Below, piece by piece: positions 1 to 12,300 of a stretch of 64,000 nt of DNA; within the stretch, counting starts at the first letter, position 1; the number at the start of each line of letters is the position of its first letter. The translations under genes and the position numbers were made by a program. This DNA is from Stegostoma tigrinum. Lineage: Eukaryota. The notes beneath the pieces are model-generated. The model made no database searches. It worked only from the letters and a program-made list of their open reading frames with translations, and was not told the DNA's origin. Location: positions 13,091,667 through 13,155,666 of the forward strand of contig NC_081379.1 of NCBI RefSeq assembly GCF_030684315.1, read 5' to 3'.

Positions 1-190
1 CCTAGCTTCACCCAGCCCTAACCCTCCTCCCTCTATTTGTTTCCCAGCTCCCTTCCTCTTCCCCAGTTCTGAAGAAACGTTCTGATCAGAAACATCAACT
101 TTCCTGGTCCTCTGATGCTGCCTGACCTGCTGTGTTCCTTCAGCTCCACACTGTGTTGGCTCTGACTGTAGCATCTGTGGTTCCTGCTTT
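1..190 (+). mobile_element. Degenerate Penelope-like pseudo-LTR
   Basis: ctccctctattt...ctgaagaa...gaaacatcaac...ctgctgtgttc...cagctccacac, similar to 34100-34247. Confidence 0.7.
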
Positions 191-1329
191 CTTCGAGTGA
201 CATAATCTCTCTTTTGTGTCTTGCAGCTTAGAGTGGGATGTCCACTATCTTGGCGATCAAATGGGTGACTCCATAACATAGAACATCAGCTCTTTTGAAG
301 AGATTAGTTTACAGCCCCTCAGTGGAAGCATCAGTAAGGCTGCCTTCTGCACTCCATACCAGCTTGACATGGATACCTCTGCTGGAACATCAGCCAGATT
401 AGAGGTGGGTGTACCTGGGTGAGAATGTGCTGCCATGACTCTACAGCTGTCTGACAGAGAAACTCCCCATTCCATAGGCACCTTAGAGATATGTGGGAGA
501 CAACAGCAGTCATAGATCAGTGGCTGCAGGTCTGCAGTTACACCATGGGGACCAAGGCCCCTCAGGCATGTGATCATCTGGCTGCCTCAATGAGCAGGAT
601 GTGCCATGGAAAACCACGTTCAGCACCCTCAGAGTCTACTGGCTATGCACACTGATCTGCACTCCATTGTTCTAACTATTGGTCCCCAACACAAATGGCA
701 AATGATAGGGCGATGTGGAACTTGGACCTCACACCAGTGCCCTACTAACAGAGACAAGACAGTGCCAGTTACCACCAAGATGGAGAAGGAACCATACCCA
801 GAATACTCAGATGTCTCCTCTCAGATCACTCCAGAAGTAGTAGGGCACTTCACCTGCAACCTGCCTGTGACCCAATATACATATGGGAGTTCAAGCTGAG
901 GAGGGTGCACTTAACTATGGCAAGGACACATTCACCATGTCTGGACTGTCCAGACAAAAATGACCCAACAAGCCTCCAACTCCAGTTGGCTCCACTGGAG
1001 GGCAGGCTTTCCCAATCCCAGCTGTAGATCGTGGGACTCGTTTTAGATATTGTCAGGGAAAAAGCAAAAAAGAATATATGTTGATTGTACATTGTGGGGA
1101 CTGGTGACACCTCACTGCAAATAAAGCCTACATTTGTTGAAATGAATTCCGAGTGCCCCGAATCTGTTTGCTCATGTACCTGTGTAGCCATTCCTGTAAC
1201 TTGTGCACTGTGAGGTCAGACATCAGTTCAGTTGCATGATGGTCCAAGGAGTTCAGCTGGATTTGAGAAGCTGCAGTATTGAATGTGGGCAACTTGGACA
1301 TAATGTTGGGAGGCACTACCAGAAACAGG

Positions 1330-2400
1330 GTACCAGTTCTCTAGGTTCATGAACATTGGTATGGCCACAATAGCCTCTTGTGGTCAAAGGTGTTAGTATT
1401 GCATGAAAATGTCTGGAAAGCTTGTGCCTGGAAGGACCCAATGAGGCAATGCATAAGGGTCACCAGGGATTTGGAGGCTGTAGGTGTGAGTCTATTTCAG
1501 TGAATCTGTGTCCAGTGTTGTTGAAAGGCCTAATATATCTGGTATTTGCAGCCTCTCCCTCACTGGTCAAGGCACCTACATTGCCCACTCCAGAGATGAT
1601 TATGATCATTTCCTTTCCCAATGTGCAGCTGTAGTTTCCAGGATGATGGAAGGTGACATCAAGTGCTCGTTGAATTTTAATTGCAAGGGTCCTGTTACAT
1701 GTTGGCAAGACCCTTCCTGGCAATCCTCCCATCAAACATATCATCTTTAAATGTCCACAGTCACTCATCCAACCCATCTATGTAAGACCATAAGACCATA
1801 AGACATAGGAGTGGAAGTAAGGCCATTTGGCCCATTGAGTCCACTCTGCCATTTAATCATGGCTGCTGGGCATTTCAACTCCACTTCCCTGCACTCTCCC
1901 CATAGCCCTTGATTCCTTGTGAGATCAAGAATTTATCAATCTCTGCCTTGAAGACATTTAATGTCCCGGCTTCCACTGTGCTCCATGGCAATGAATTCCA
2001 CAGGCCCACCCCTCTCTAGCTGAAGAAATTTCTCCTCATTTCCATTTTAAATTTAGCCCCTCTAATTCTAAGGCTATGCCCACGGGTCCTAGTCTCCCCA
2101 CCTAATGGAAACAACTTCCCAGTGTCCACCCTTTCTAAGCCATGCATTATCTTGTAAGTTTCTATTAGATCTTCCCTCAACCTTCTAAACTCTACTGAAT
2201 ACAATCCCAGGATCCCCAGCCATTCATCGTACATTAAACCCACATATGAGCTGCACTAGCCCAACATCCCCCCACAACCATTGGCACTGTAGGGTGTGTG
2301 CAACTGGTGACTTGGAGCATGCCCAGAGACATTGTTGCTGGGTGTTCAAAATGGTGGCCAGGAGGGGCAAGCAGTGAGCTGAAGTTGCCAAATACTTGCT
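1330..2400 (+). mobile_element. Possible highly decayed PIF/Harbinger (HARBI1-like) transposase remnant, split by the CR1 at 1783-2240
   Basis: Faint peptide echoes MEGDIKC (cf. QGAIDC), FNCKG (cf. NRKG) and LHVGKTLPG (cf. VCARFPG); weak. Confidence 0.3.
1783..2240 (-). mobile_element. CR1-type LINE 3' fragment
   Basis: ORF 2016-2243 [21 protein letters not shown]...TRGHSLRI is the CR1 ORF2 C-terminus; (TAAGACCA)n tail; possible TSD aacccatctatg / aacccacatatg. Confidence 0.92.
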
Positions 2401-2997
2401 CTGATTTTCCAATCAGGAATTGTTGATGTCTAGTTTCCTTGTGGTATGTGGTTACTTGAACCAGAATAATAATTAAGTGAAATTCATTGTTTATGAATAT
2501 GTTAACAAGCCAAAATTGCCCTTAAAAGGCATCTCAGCTCTCCCTAGTGAAAGTGTCATTTTGACCCCGGAGCTCAGTTTGAAAATGCAACGTATTACTC
2601 CTGCTATTGAGTAAGGTCTCACCTGAATTCTCACTCGATTCTCCCACATTCCTCACAATATTCCACAATTGTTCAGACCTTTACCAGTTTTCACCCTCTG
2701 CTTACATTTCAGCTGAAGATTCATGTTGGAATTGATACAGTGACTCCACAGATACTGTCAGACTGGCTGTGTTTCTCCAGCATTCTTCTGTTTACTGGAG
2801 TTAATGTCATACACGTTGTTGCTGGAGTCCATTTCTTTCACTGCTGTGAACATGAATTTGACTTCAACAGTGCTCGTGTCGTCTTATTGTGCTAATTAGT
2901 TCTGCACATGGCGCTGGATTCCAATGCTCTCAGTGTGGAGGTGCTAAACCCTGAGAATTATGACGCGCGATGAATGAGAACCCAGCTGATCAGTTCT

Positions 2998-3024
2998 GGC
3001 GCTGTCCACCCCTGTGGTGCTGAA
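2998..3024 (-). promoter_or_regulatory. Expanded-spacer RE1/NRSE (REST) site
   Basis: Reverse complement is TTCAGCACC-acaggggt-GGACAGCGCC: both consensus half-sites are perfect, with an 8-nt spacer instead of 2. Confidence 0.75.
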
Positions 3025-3059
3025 CCTAATGCTTATTGCAGCGTTTCTCTGCTCATCCT

Positions 3060-3086
3060 GTCTCTGTCCGGCGCTGCGGTGCTGAG
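3060..3086 (-). promoter_or_regulatory. Second expanded-spacer RE1/NRSE-like site
   Basis: Reverse complement is CTCAGCACC-gcagcgcc-GGACAGAGAC, 8-nt spacer. Confidence 0.6.
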
Positions 3087-3291
3087 TCCCTTCGCTGAAT
3101 CTTGGCGCTGTGCTGTTGAATACGGCCGCTATCCGGCGCTGTGGTGTCTCTGTTCGACCTGGAGCTGGCGTGGGTTCGGCGGTGTTTCTTTACCAATCTC
3201 CTGTTTCCAGTGAGAATGTAAACGGTGATTCTCTTCGCTACCACGCACTGAGCGATGAGACCGGGACATCCGGCATCTGCACCGCGGTACC

Positions 3292-3326
3292 ATGGACGAA
3301 GACCTCTTCCAGCTACGGCATCTACC
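3292..3326 (+). CDS. SVOP: SVOP coding exon 1 ([12 protein letters not shown])
   Basis: Strong Kozak context accATGg; donor CC|gtaagt. Confidence 0.93.
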
Positions 3327-6300
3327 GTAAGTAGAAGCCTCCCCCAAGCCACTCAAATGGATGCACATGAATAAGTCCGTGTCTGGAAACACGGACACTA
3401 GGCCTGTGCATGCCCCAGCCGCCGGAAACACGAAACCTTCATTTCAGATCCTAGTCACCGGCCACAACATCACCGGGATATACGTAAAATTGACCAAAAT
3501 CAAATGAATGATTACGTCGCGTAATGTATTTTATCTTTAACTATATTGGAACGTCTGCAATTTTATTTTTGGGAGAGGGTTGTCAGTGAATACATTCACA
3601 AGAAACAGAAAATGTTAAAATCTGAATGTTTTTTCAAGAAGTCAGGAAATTGAAAACGTAAATGGTTTGATGTTTGCCATGTTTGAAATATGATCTATCA
3701 CAATGAACCGCATTAACTTTGAAAATACGAATATGGACGGCGTCCGTTCCAACAAAAAAATGTCCAAATTGTTTTAAATTATCAGGTCCTATTTTAGTTT
3801 ATTTCATACTTTGCATAATTTTTTTATTTATTGGCACTTACGATGTGAGTTCATTGTGTATTTTAAATATTTTCACAGAAGCAACCTAATTGCAAAGCGC
3901 CAGCAGAATTAATTCAGATATTTACATTGTGATTAGGAAAGGGGCAACTTCAAAGCTTGTGGTTAGCTCTTGAATTAATAATAGTTGCAGTGGTTCAAAT
4001 CTTCGGTAAACCAAACATAGGCAAATCGAAACAAGCTTTGACTCTTTGAACGCCGAAATTAGGTGAAAAGTTAATTATTTAAATATTGGCATAAGCGGTG
4101 TATTTTATTAACATATTAACATGTATTAGTAAATTGAGACTCTGTAATTGCTTCAATATATAATTCAAAATATTTGTCTTAAAATTCAAGTTAAACGTGT
4201 ATTTTGCCGTGACAGTTTTAAAACCAGTGTCAAACGAACATTCAATGTTTTTCTCTAAGAAAGTAAACGCTAATTGGGTATGTTGCAGTCTGTGAAGACC
4301 ATGAATATGATATTGACCAGATGCCTTGCTGTATTCTCATTGTACTGGAAGTGGGTTATGAAATTGGAGTAGTGCCAAGATTTTCTATTTGGCTTTTAAG
4401 CTATACATTGATTTTGGTAATTTGCAAAAGTTAACATTTTTGAAAACCAAACAATTAAAAACGGAGACTAGCAGTGTGTTACAAATAGGAATTGAAGAAT
4501 ATATTTCATATTCACATTGTTAATTAAAAGATAGTATTCATTTGGAAATGAAACTAAAAAACATGCTATTTTTAAAAACTATAATAAAAAATTCCTGTTT
4601 TCAAGTGGTTAATATACACTGTTTTTGAACACCACAATTATTAACGAAAATGTCATTACAGAGGGACGCAACTCTGAACTATGACCTAATGTTGCTCAAT
4701 ATTGATACGAAATATTCTGAATGCAACCCAATTCATTTCTAAGTCAAACCAATACATTGGCACTACACAAGTGATCCTTCAATGAATTCCTGGCACTCTT
4801 CATTTATTCCATCATATGCTCATTCCTGTTATGTGCCTTTAATTGTTAGCCCTCTTGTGTGTTAAGTACAGATGAGTAGGTTTATTCATCAAGATAAGAA
4901 AAGGCTATCAGGTAGTTATATATTTGTTCCTGCTTTTCTTTGATCTCATCTCTAAAATAGAAGCCTGCATTGATTTGAGATCTACAACTATTGTAAAACA
5001 TCAGAAACACACATAGATTTCTATGGCCACCAATTATTATGCAGAAATAATTTATATTTACTTTTCCTAATTTCTCAGTAATCAATTTCATAATCAATTT
5101 TAGGATTTTTCCAATTGGGTATACATACAAAATATTGTTTATTCTTATCCACATTGATCTCACAATGAGGATTATTTTTATTTGTTTTCTCTGAATCTTC
5201 ACAGACACACAAAATTGTTATGATGCTGAAGAATGCTATTCAGCCTATCATGTTTGTAATGGTTCTCTGTTGAGCATTATGACTTAGTGCCATTTGCCTG
5301 CCTTTCCTCCACATCTTTGTGTATTATTTCTATTCAAATAATCATTTAATGCCACTTGAATGCTTCATTGACTCTGCCTACACCACACTTCTCAGCATTC
5401 CAGCTCTGACCCATTTGTATGTTTTTCTCAGGTCACAATTGGTAGGTTCACATTTAAATTTATGTCCACTCATTCTCAACCTTTGATGTGCAGAAAATGC
5501 TTCTCCCTATCTACTCTATACAACCTCACATTTGTACACTTACACTTCATCTGTCATACGTTTGTGTAGTCACTCAACGTGTCCAAATAACAGTGAGCAA
5601 CTTTTCATCCTCTTTACATTTCATCCTCTTACCTTGTTTTATGTCATCCGAAAGCTTGAAGATATGAATATATTATATATATTCATATATCTTGATCTCT
5701 CATCTCAATTATTAATTGGTATTGTCATTAGGAGATGTCCAACCACTGATCCCTGTGGTACCCTAGTCACTGCCTGCAACTCAGAAAAAGGCATGTTTAT
5801 TCCTACTCTGTTCACTGTCTGCCAACTAGTTCTCTATCCATGTCAGTACACTACCTCCCCAATCCCAAATACATTAATTTTACATGCTCATCAAAAGCCT
5901 TCCAGAAGTCCAAATGAACTACATTGACTTAGTCTTCCTTATCAACTCTACTAATTACATCCTTGAAAAATTTCTGTAGATTTGTAAAGTGTCATGATTT
6001 CACTTTTTTAGATCTATGCTGAATTTGTCCGATCCTGACGCTGTATTTCAAATTCTCTGCTAGTAATTCTTGAGAATCGAGTCTAGTATTTTCTTAACTG
6101 CTAATGTCAAACTTATCAGTCGATAATTTCCAGTTTCCTCCTGATCTCTGTTTTTAAATAGCCAGGTTGCATTAGCTACCCTCCAATCCATAGGAAGTGT
6201 TCAGAGTCTGTAATATCTTGAAAGTGCCTGAGATATCTACTATTTCTAGGGCCACATCTATGCATGTATACAGCAAATCTTCTTTTCCTACACCTCCATC

Positions 6301-9300
6301 CTCTGCTTATTGTTGTCTAACCTCATACCAAAATACATCACCCCACACTTCTCTGCATCACACTTCATCTGCTACTTACCTGCCCATTTCACAAACTGCT
6401 TTATGCCCTTTTGAGTCCTCCTCCCAATTTCGAATGCTTCTTAATTTTATGTCATCCACAAACTTTGAAATTGTTGCCTGCACACTATGATATAGAAAAT
6501 ATATATCAGGAAAAGCAAGGGTCTCAGTCACAGCACTTGGGTGATTCAACCTTAAGCCATCCTACAGTCAGAAAATAACTTTTGACCACTACTGTTTCCT
6601 ATCACACAGCCAATTTTGTATCCACATTGCTACCATCCCTTTTGTTTCAAGAGCTATAACTTTTCTCACCCATCTGTTGTGTAGCGCATATTAATTACCT
6701 TTTGAAATTCTATATACATCACATCAACTGCATAAAAAAAAAGAACTGCAGATGCTGTAAATCAGGAACAGAAACGAAGTTGCTGGAAAAACTCAACATG
6801 GCAGCATCTGTGAAGGAGAAAATAGAGTTAACGTTTCAGGTCCGGTGAACTTTCCTCGGAACTGCAACTGCATTAACTTCTATGGCCCTATCTGTTACTT
6901 CAGAAATCTCCAGAAACTTAGTCAAACATGAAATAGTAAGAACTGTAAATGCTGCAGAATCTGAGATAACAAGGTGTAGAGCTAGATGAATACAGCAGGC
7001 CAAGCAGCATCAGAGGAGCAGGAAGGCTGACATTTTGGGCCTAAGCCCTTCTTCTGAAGGGTCTTCTAAAAAAGGGTCTAGGCCTGAAACGTCAGCCTTC
7101 GTGCTCCTCTGTTGCTGCTTGGCCTGCTGTGATCATCCAGTTCTATACCCTGCTATCTTAGTTAAACGTGATTTCCCTTTAGAAATTGATACGGTATTCT
7201 CCAAACTCACTTCCTGTGACATTCACTGAAGCATTGAGCTCGAAACTTTACACATTGTTCCAAATGCTGTCTTCTGAAAAAGAAAATTCCATGAATCCAT
7301 TCACTACCTTATAAGCACTACATAGTAGTAAATTCTTGTTATATAACTCTTGTGTAATTGGTTAGTTGCATAATAAATGGTCTGGGCAAGACAAAAGGTT
7401 AGTTTTCCTTGACTTTGAACCTAAAATTTGAGTAAATGATCAATGCATGCTTCCAAACCACTCTCAGTCATTAGCTTAAAACCTATATCCTCTTCCAAAC
7501 CTCTCTCAGTCATTAGCTTAAAACCTATATCCCTGAGTGGATGGATGCACGGCAGATGCAGTTTAATGTGGATAAATGTGCAGTTATACACTTTGGTGGC
7601 AAGAACAGGAAGGCAAATTACTATCTCAATGGAGTCAAGTTAGGTAAAGGGGAAGTACGACGAGATCTAGGTGTTCTTGTACATCAGTCATTGAAAGCAA
7701 GCATGCAGGTACAGCAGGCAGTGAAGAAAGCTAATAGCATGCTGGCCTTCATAACAAGAGGAATTGAGTATAGGAGCAAAGAGGCCCTTCTGCAGCTGTA
7801 CAGGGCCCTGGTGAGACCGCACCTGGAGTATTGTGTGCAGTTTTGGTCTCCAAATTTGAGGAAGGACATTCTTGCTATTGAGGGAGTGCAGCGTAGGTTC
7901 ACGAAGTCAATTCCCAGAATAGCGGGACTATCATATGTTGAAAGATTGGAGCGACTGGGCTTGTACACGCTTGAGTTCAGAAAGATGAGAGGGGATCTGA
8001 TTGAGGCATATAAGATTGTTAAGGGATTGGACACTCTGTAGGTAGGAAGCATGTTTCCGCTGATGGGTGAGTCCAGAACCAGAGGACACAGTTTAAAAAT
8101 AAGGGGTAGGCCATTTAGAACAGAGTTGAGGAAAAACTTCTTCACCCAGAGAGTGGTGGATATATGGAATGCTCTGCCCCAGAAGGCAGTGGAGGCCAGC
8201 TCTCTGGATACTTTCAAGAAAGAGATAGATAGAGTTCTTAAAGATAGTGGAATCAAGGGTTATGGGGATAAGGCAGGAACAGGATACTGATTGGGGATGA
8301 TCAGCCATGATCATAATGAATGGTGGTGCTGGCTCGAAGGGCCAAATGGCCTACTCCAGGACCTATTGTCTATTGTCATATCATATTCAATGATCTTATA
8401 TGACTCTATGTGTAAAACTGTACACAAGTCTATATTAAAGTGCATTGTCCACTGTGTTTCCCCAATTTATCCCAATCCAGTTGTAATCTGTCTCCCTCTT
8501 GAGTTCCCAACCTCACAACTTTTGATCTCATCTGCAAATGTAATTACTGCATGTGAGAAGGCACTTCATGTAAAACCACCCTTTGTTTACTGTCACTTAA
8601 TCTATTTTTATGCATTCCATCACCAAATTGGAGTCTAGTGTTTTGCAAAAAGCCTTTTAAAAATCCAACTATCTGAAATTTACTAGGTTCTCTTGAGTCA
8701 CCATTCTAGTCAGTCTCTATAAATGATTAACTCTTTCCGAATCTTTGTTGAATGTTTATTGTAACATCTATACATACCTCTTTAAATATTTGCCATTAAC
8801 CTCCTCTGCTCAGATATTATATTTTTGAGTTCATAGTTCCCAGGTTTGACTTTAATCCTCCTTTGAATAAAGTGATCACATGTGCTTCTCTTCAAACCTC
8901 AGGATGCAGTGAGGCATTCTGAATAATGCCTGACAGTGTATGACACCAGGTCTCCATCATGCTTTTGACAAAAATCAAGTGTGGTCTTGCTGCATTTTCT
9001 ATTTCTAGCCTTTTGAGCCATTTGAAAGGATGAGTTATGGTAAGATCCTCGATTATAATGAAAAGAATGGGCAGAGCGTGTGGAAGCTTAGTGTAAGGTA
9101 TTAGTAACTTATCAAACAGCATTTCTTCCTTGTGTGCTACCATGATTTTGAAATAGATATTAAAAGAATTCAACCAGGAATTGGAGCAGTGTTCAAATTT
9201 TCAACAATATTGTGTTTTACAGAGTGGGGATTTGCAAACTTCAGTGATCACACAAAAAAGCGTGATTTATCCTCTCCATAATATGTTGCAGTATATTTGC

Positions 9301-12300
9301 AAATAAAAGAACTGTAATTCTTTGTGATGGAACTTTGCTTGCTTTATATCTATGTATTTACATTTGGAATCACATGACTGTGTAATGAGAAACGTGGGAT
9401 AAATGAACTTACATATCTGACATTAAAATTCCTAATTTATTGGCAGATTATGTGGTCTTAAGTTATGAATCCAAACAAAAGCCTAATTGGTTTGCTGTAG
9501 TATTGAGCATACATAGTAAACCCTAAGCCCTTGCAGGTGAAACTAAAGGATACTGATGTATCCAAATATAATTCAGTCATTCTTTAAAACTCATCCATCA
9601 ACTATTCTTGTTATGTCTTATTTAAATGTAAATTACTATTAGAAGCAAACAGTAGGGAAAAAGTGTGAGATTTCTAATATATTATACAGAGTCAGCAACA
9701 CAGCACCATGATGAAAAATAGTATCAAACAATTTTAACTAATTTCCTATAGCTATAAAACAATTAACATATTTCTTAGTTGAAGGCAGTTATGATTGTTA
9801 AATGGAATATAATAAATGGATATGCTTTCCAGGAGACATAAAGAAATAAAATACCTTGTTTTATGAGGCGACCTTCAATGACTTTTGAATCAGTCTCATT
9901 CTACTGGAAATATTTATTGTATCAAATTAACTCAGTTGTGAACACTGTCATGTCTGGGCCAGAAGATTGTAGGCTTAAGCTGAAAAGTATTGAAGGGTAT
10001 GGAGAAGCAGGAAGACAAGTAATTCAAAGATATTGTTCTTTGTAAGTAGGATTGCAGGTAGATATAAGAAGGGAAATGGCATTTTGCATTTTATAGCAAA
10101 TAGCACAAAGTTAAAAGGTAAATATAACTGCATAAATCATGGTTAACTCTACAGCTTCTGCTTAGCTTTGGAACTCCATTGTAGAAAGGTCTTCAGTGTT
10201 ATTGAGATAACAGGATGCTCCCAGTTGGATGATGAAGTGAAGTTATAGTTATGCTACTTAAAAGAATGACTATTTCTAATGGAGAGTGTCGGTTAATCAT
10301 GGCAGGATATGAACTTGCAAAGTGTGCAATCCACAGTATTTCTTCAACTTTGCTCCAATCAACACTGGATGCAAAAATTGCTTCTCACATTGCTATGAAC
10401 AATAGCTGTGACACCCTAGTCAAATAAGTTTGCTAAGAACTGTAAAGTATGAGCAGCAGATATTAGATTTCCTTTAAAAAGTATTTTAATATTTTATGTA
10501 CTTTGTATGAGTTGATATTTGCTGAGGACTAATGTTTGTACCTGGGCATGAGGATGTCAGCAATAGTACTGACTTCCAATGATTTTGTCTGAAATTAGTT
10601 CAGGACCCGAGGATGATAAAATGATGAGTTTAAATGCTGATCACCAGAAATTTTATAGAAGCAAACGCTTGCCTGGTACGCTGAGGTATCAACAACAGCT
10701 TTGCCTAGAACTGGGAGGTTTATGGCAGGAAGAGAAAAGAAAAAAACTGGTATGATATTTTGGAAGTCAAAAGTGATGAATTGATTCATTAAATATTTGT
10801 ATGTTAAACAAAGTAGTCCAATGAAAAGCAAAAAAGTTAAAAGTGTTGTTATGTGATTTTTGTTTCAGGGAGTAAGAACTAAGTTTGTTCTAAAGCAACT
10901 TAAAATAGGTCACATCACAGTGATGTCTGTGAGGACTATATTTCTCAACACAAGTAAAATAAGTTATAATTTCACTTTGGTCTGTGATGCATAGAAATAT
11001 TACAGCAATAGTCAAACCTCAATCATGTTTAGTCTTCCTGTTGAAATTGTATGACTGGAGCTTTAGTCCAGGTCTCTAGATTTCTAGTTAAATAAACTTA
11101 CCACAATTATACTGTTTTCATATTTACTCTTGGGTTGATTGGAGCAATCCCAGACATTAACCTTCAACTCCTCAAAACTCAAATGCTGGAAAGTTGGTAC
11201 TTACTCTCTGTGAAATGTTTCCCAGTCATGATAGTGTGGTGAGTAGAACTATCATTAGCCTCAGACAATCTCCACATTTCAATTTCTAGTGCCAGATGTG
11301 GTCAGTTTTGCTGTCCAATCCCCTTACTGATACCTCAGTAACAAAATATTAAAGCTAGTCATAATTACTTGCTAGCGAGTTTTGAGAAGATTTGTAGCTC
11401 AAGTTGAGGTTCTGGATGTAAGTTTGCTCGCTGAGCTGGAAGGTTCACAGGAAATGACATCACCAACCCAAGGAAACCCAAACACATAAATAGAAAGTGG
11501 GACATAGCACCAGCGCTTCACCAGAAGCTCACTGATGATGTTACCTAGAAGAGTGACGAAATGTCTGAAAACGAACCTTCCAGCTCACCTTACATCCATA
11601 ATTACTTGCGTTTTTGGTATGTTACCTTTCTTTCTCCCTGATTGCCATAGGACCTGCAGCTGAGCAGGCTGTTCATCACTACCTTCTCAATGCAAATTAG
11701 GAACAGGAAACAGTTTCTGGCCTTGTGAGTGATACCCTTTCACATCCTACTAGAGAATATAAAAATAAAACAACCAATGTTACAGGGCCACCAAAGATCG
11801 CACTCTCCTAGTTTTCCTGAACTTAAATCTGTAAGTCAGAAACAAAGACATCCAGTGCTGTCATGTCTCTATAATCAATTTGCAATCCAAAAATGGTGCT
11901 TTTCAAAGCCTTTATTCACTCATGTTCTTGCATGATAAAATAAATAGTTCACTAGGAATACAATAAAAACTATAGTCAAATCCTGTCACACTTTGCTTGT
12001 CTCTTTTATCTTTCTATGCTTTTATCTCACAGTGCTGTGTTAGGAGAATACTGGAGGTGCTCATTGCTTCCATATCAAAGTAATGCCTGGCAGCACCCAG
12101 GAATATCTAACTTTGAATACTTTACTGCATTAATGTTTGATAAATAAATCACCATTAAAGGCAATTAGTGGATAATGGAATGCAACTTATTAAATTTGAA
12201 ATAGAAGGTTTATTTTGATGGCAGAGTCACTACCTGATGTGGTTCTAAGCCATTCCAGTTTAGAAAGAGCAATGCCTAATTTCTGGTCTATGCTGAGTTA

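Larger units (their letters stand above)
2960..3520 (+). promoter_or_regulatory. CpG-rich promoter / first-exon region of SVOP
   Basis: Visibly CpG-dense (cgcgcg, ggcgct, ccgcgg) against a CpG-depleted background; surrounds the SVOP start codon. Confidence 0.7.

Noticed and set aside
1783-1806. Short tandem repeats (TAAGACCA)n, (CATAGAA)n, (CTATTGT)n
   Set aside because: Ordinary CR1 3' tails; not CRISPR-like or telomeric arrays.
2974-3431. Four overlapping ORFs around the SVOP start
   Set aside because: By-products of the GC-rich promoter. Only 3292-3326 has homology, a Kozak context and a splice donor.
4882-5208. 108-aa Ile/Lys-rich minus-strand ORF
   Set aside because: Low-complexity AT-rich intron sequence, non-ATG start, no recognisable domain.
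7684-8256. 190-aa minus-strand ORF and similar ORFs (15442-15891, 25183-25539, 54892-55290)
   Set aside because: These are antisense shadows of CR1 ORF2, not independent genes.
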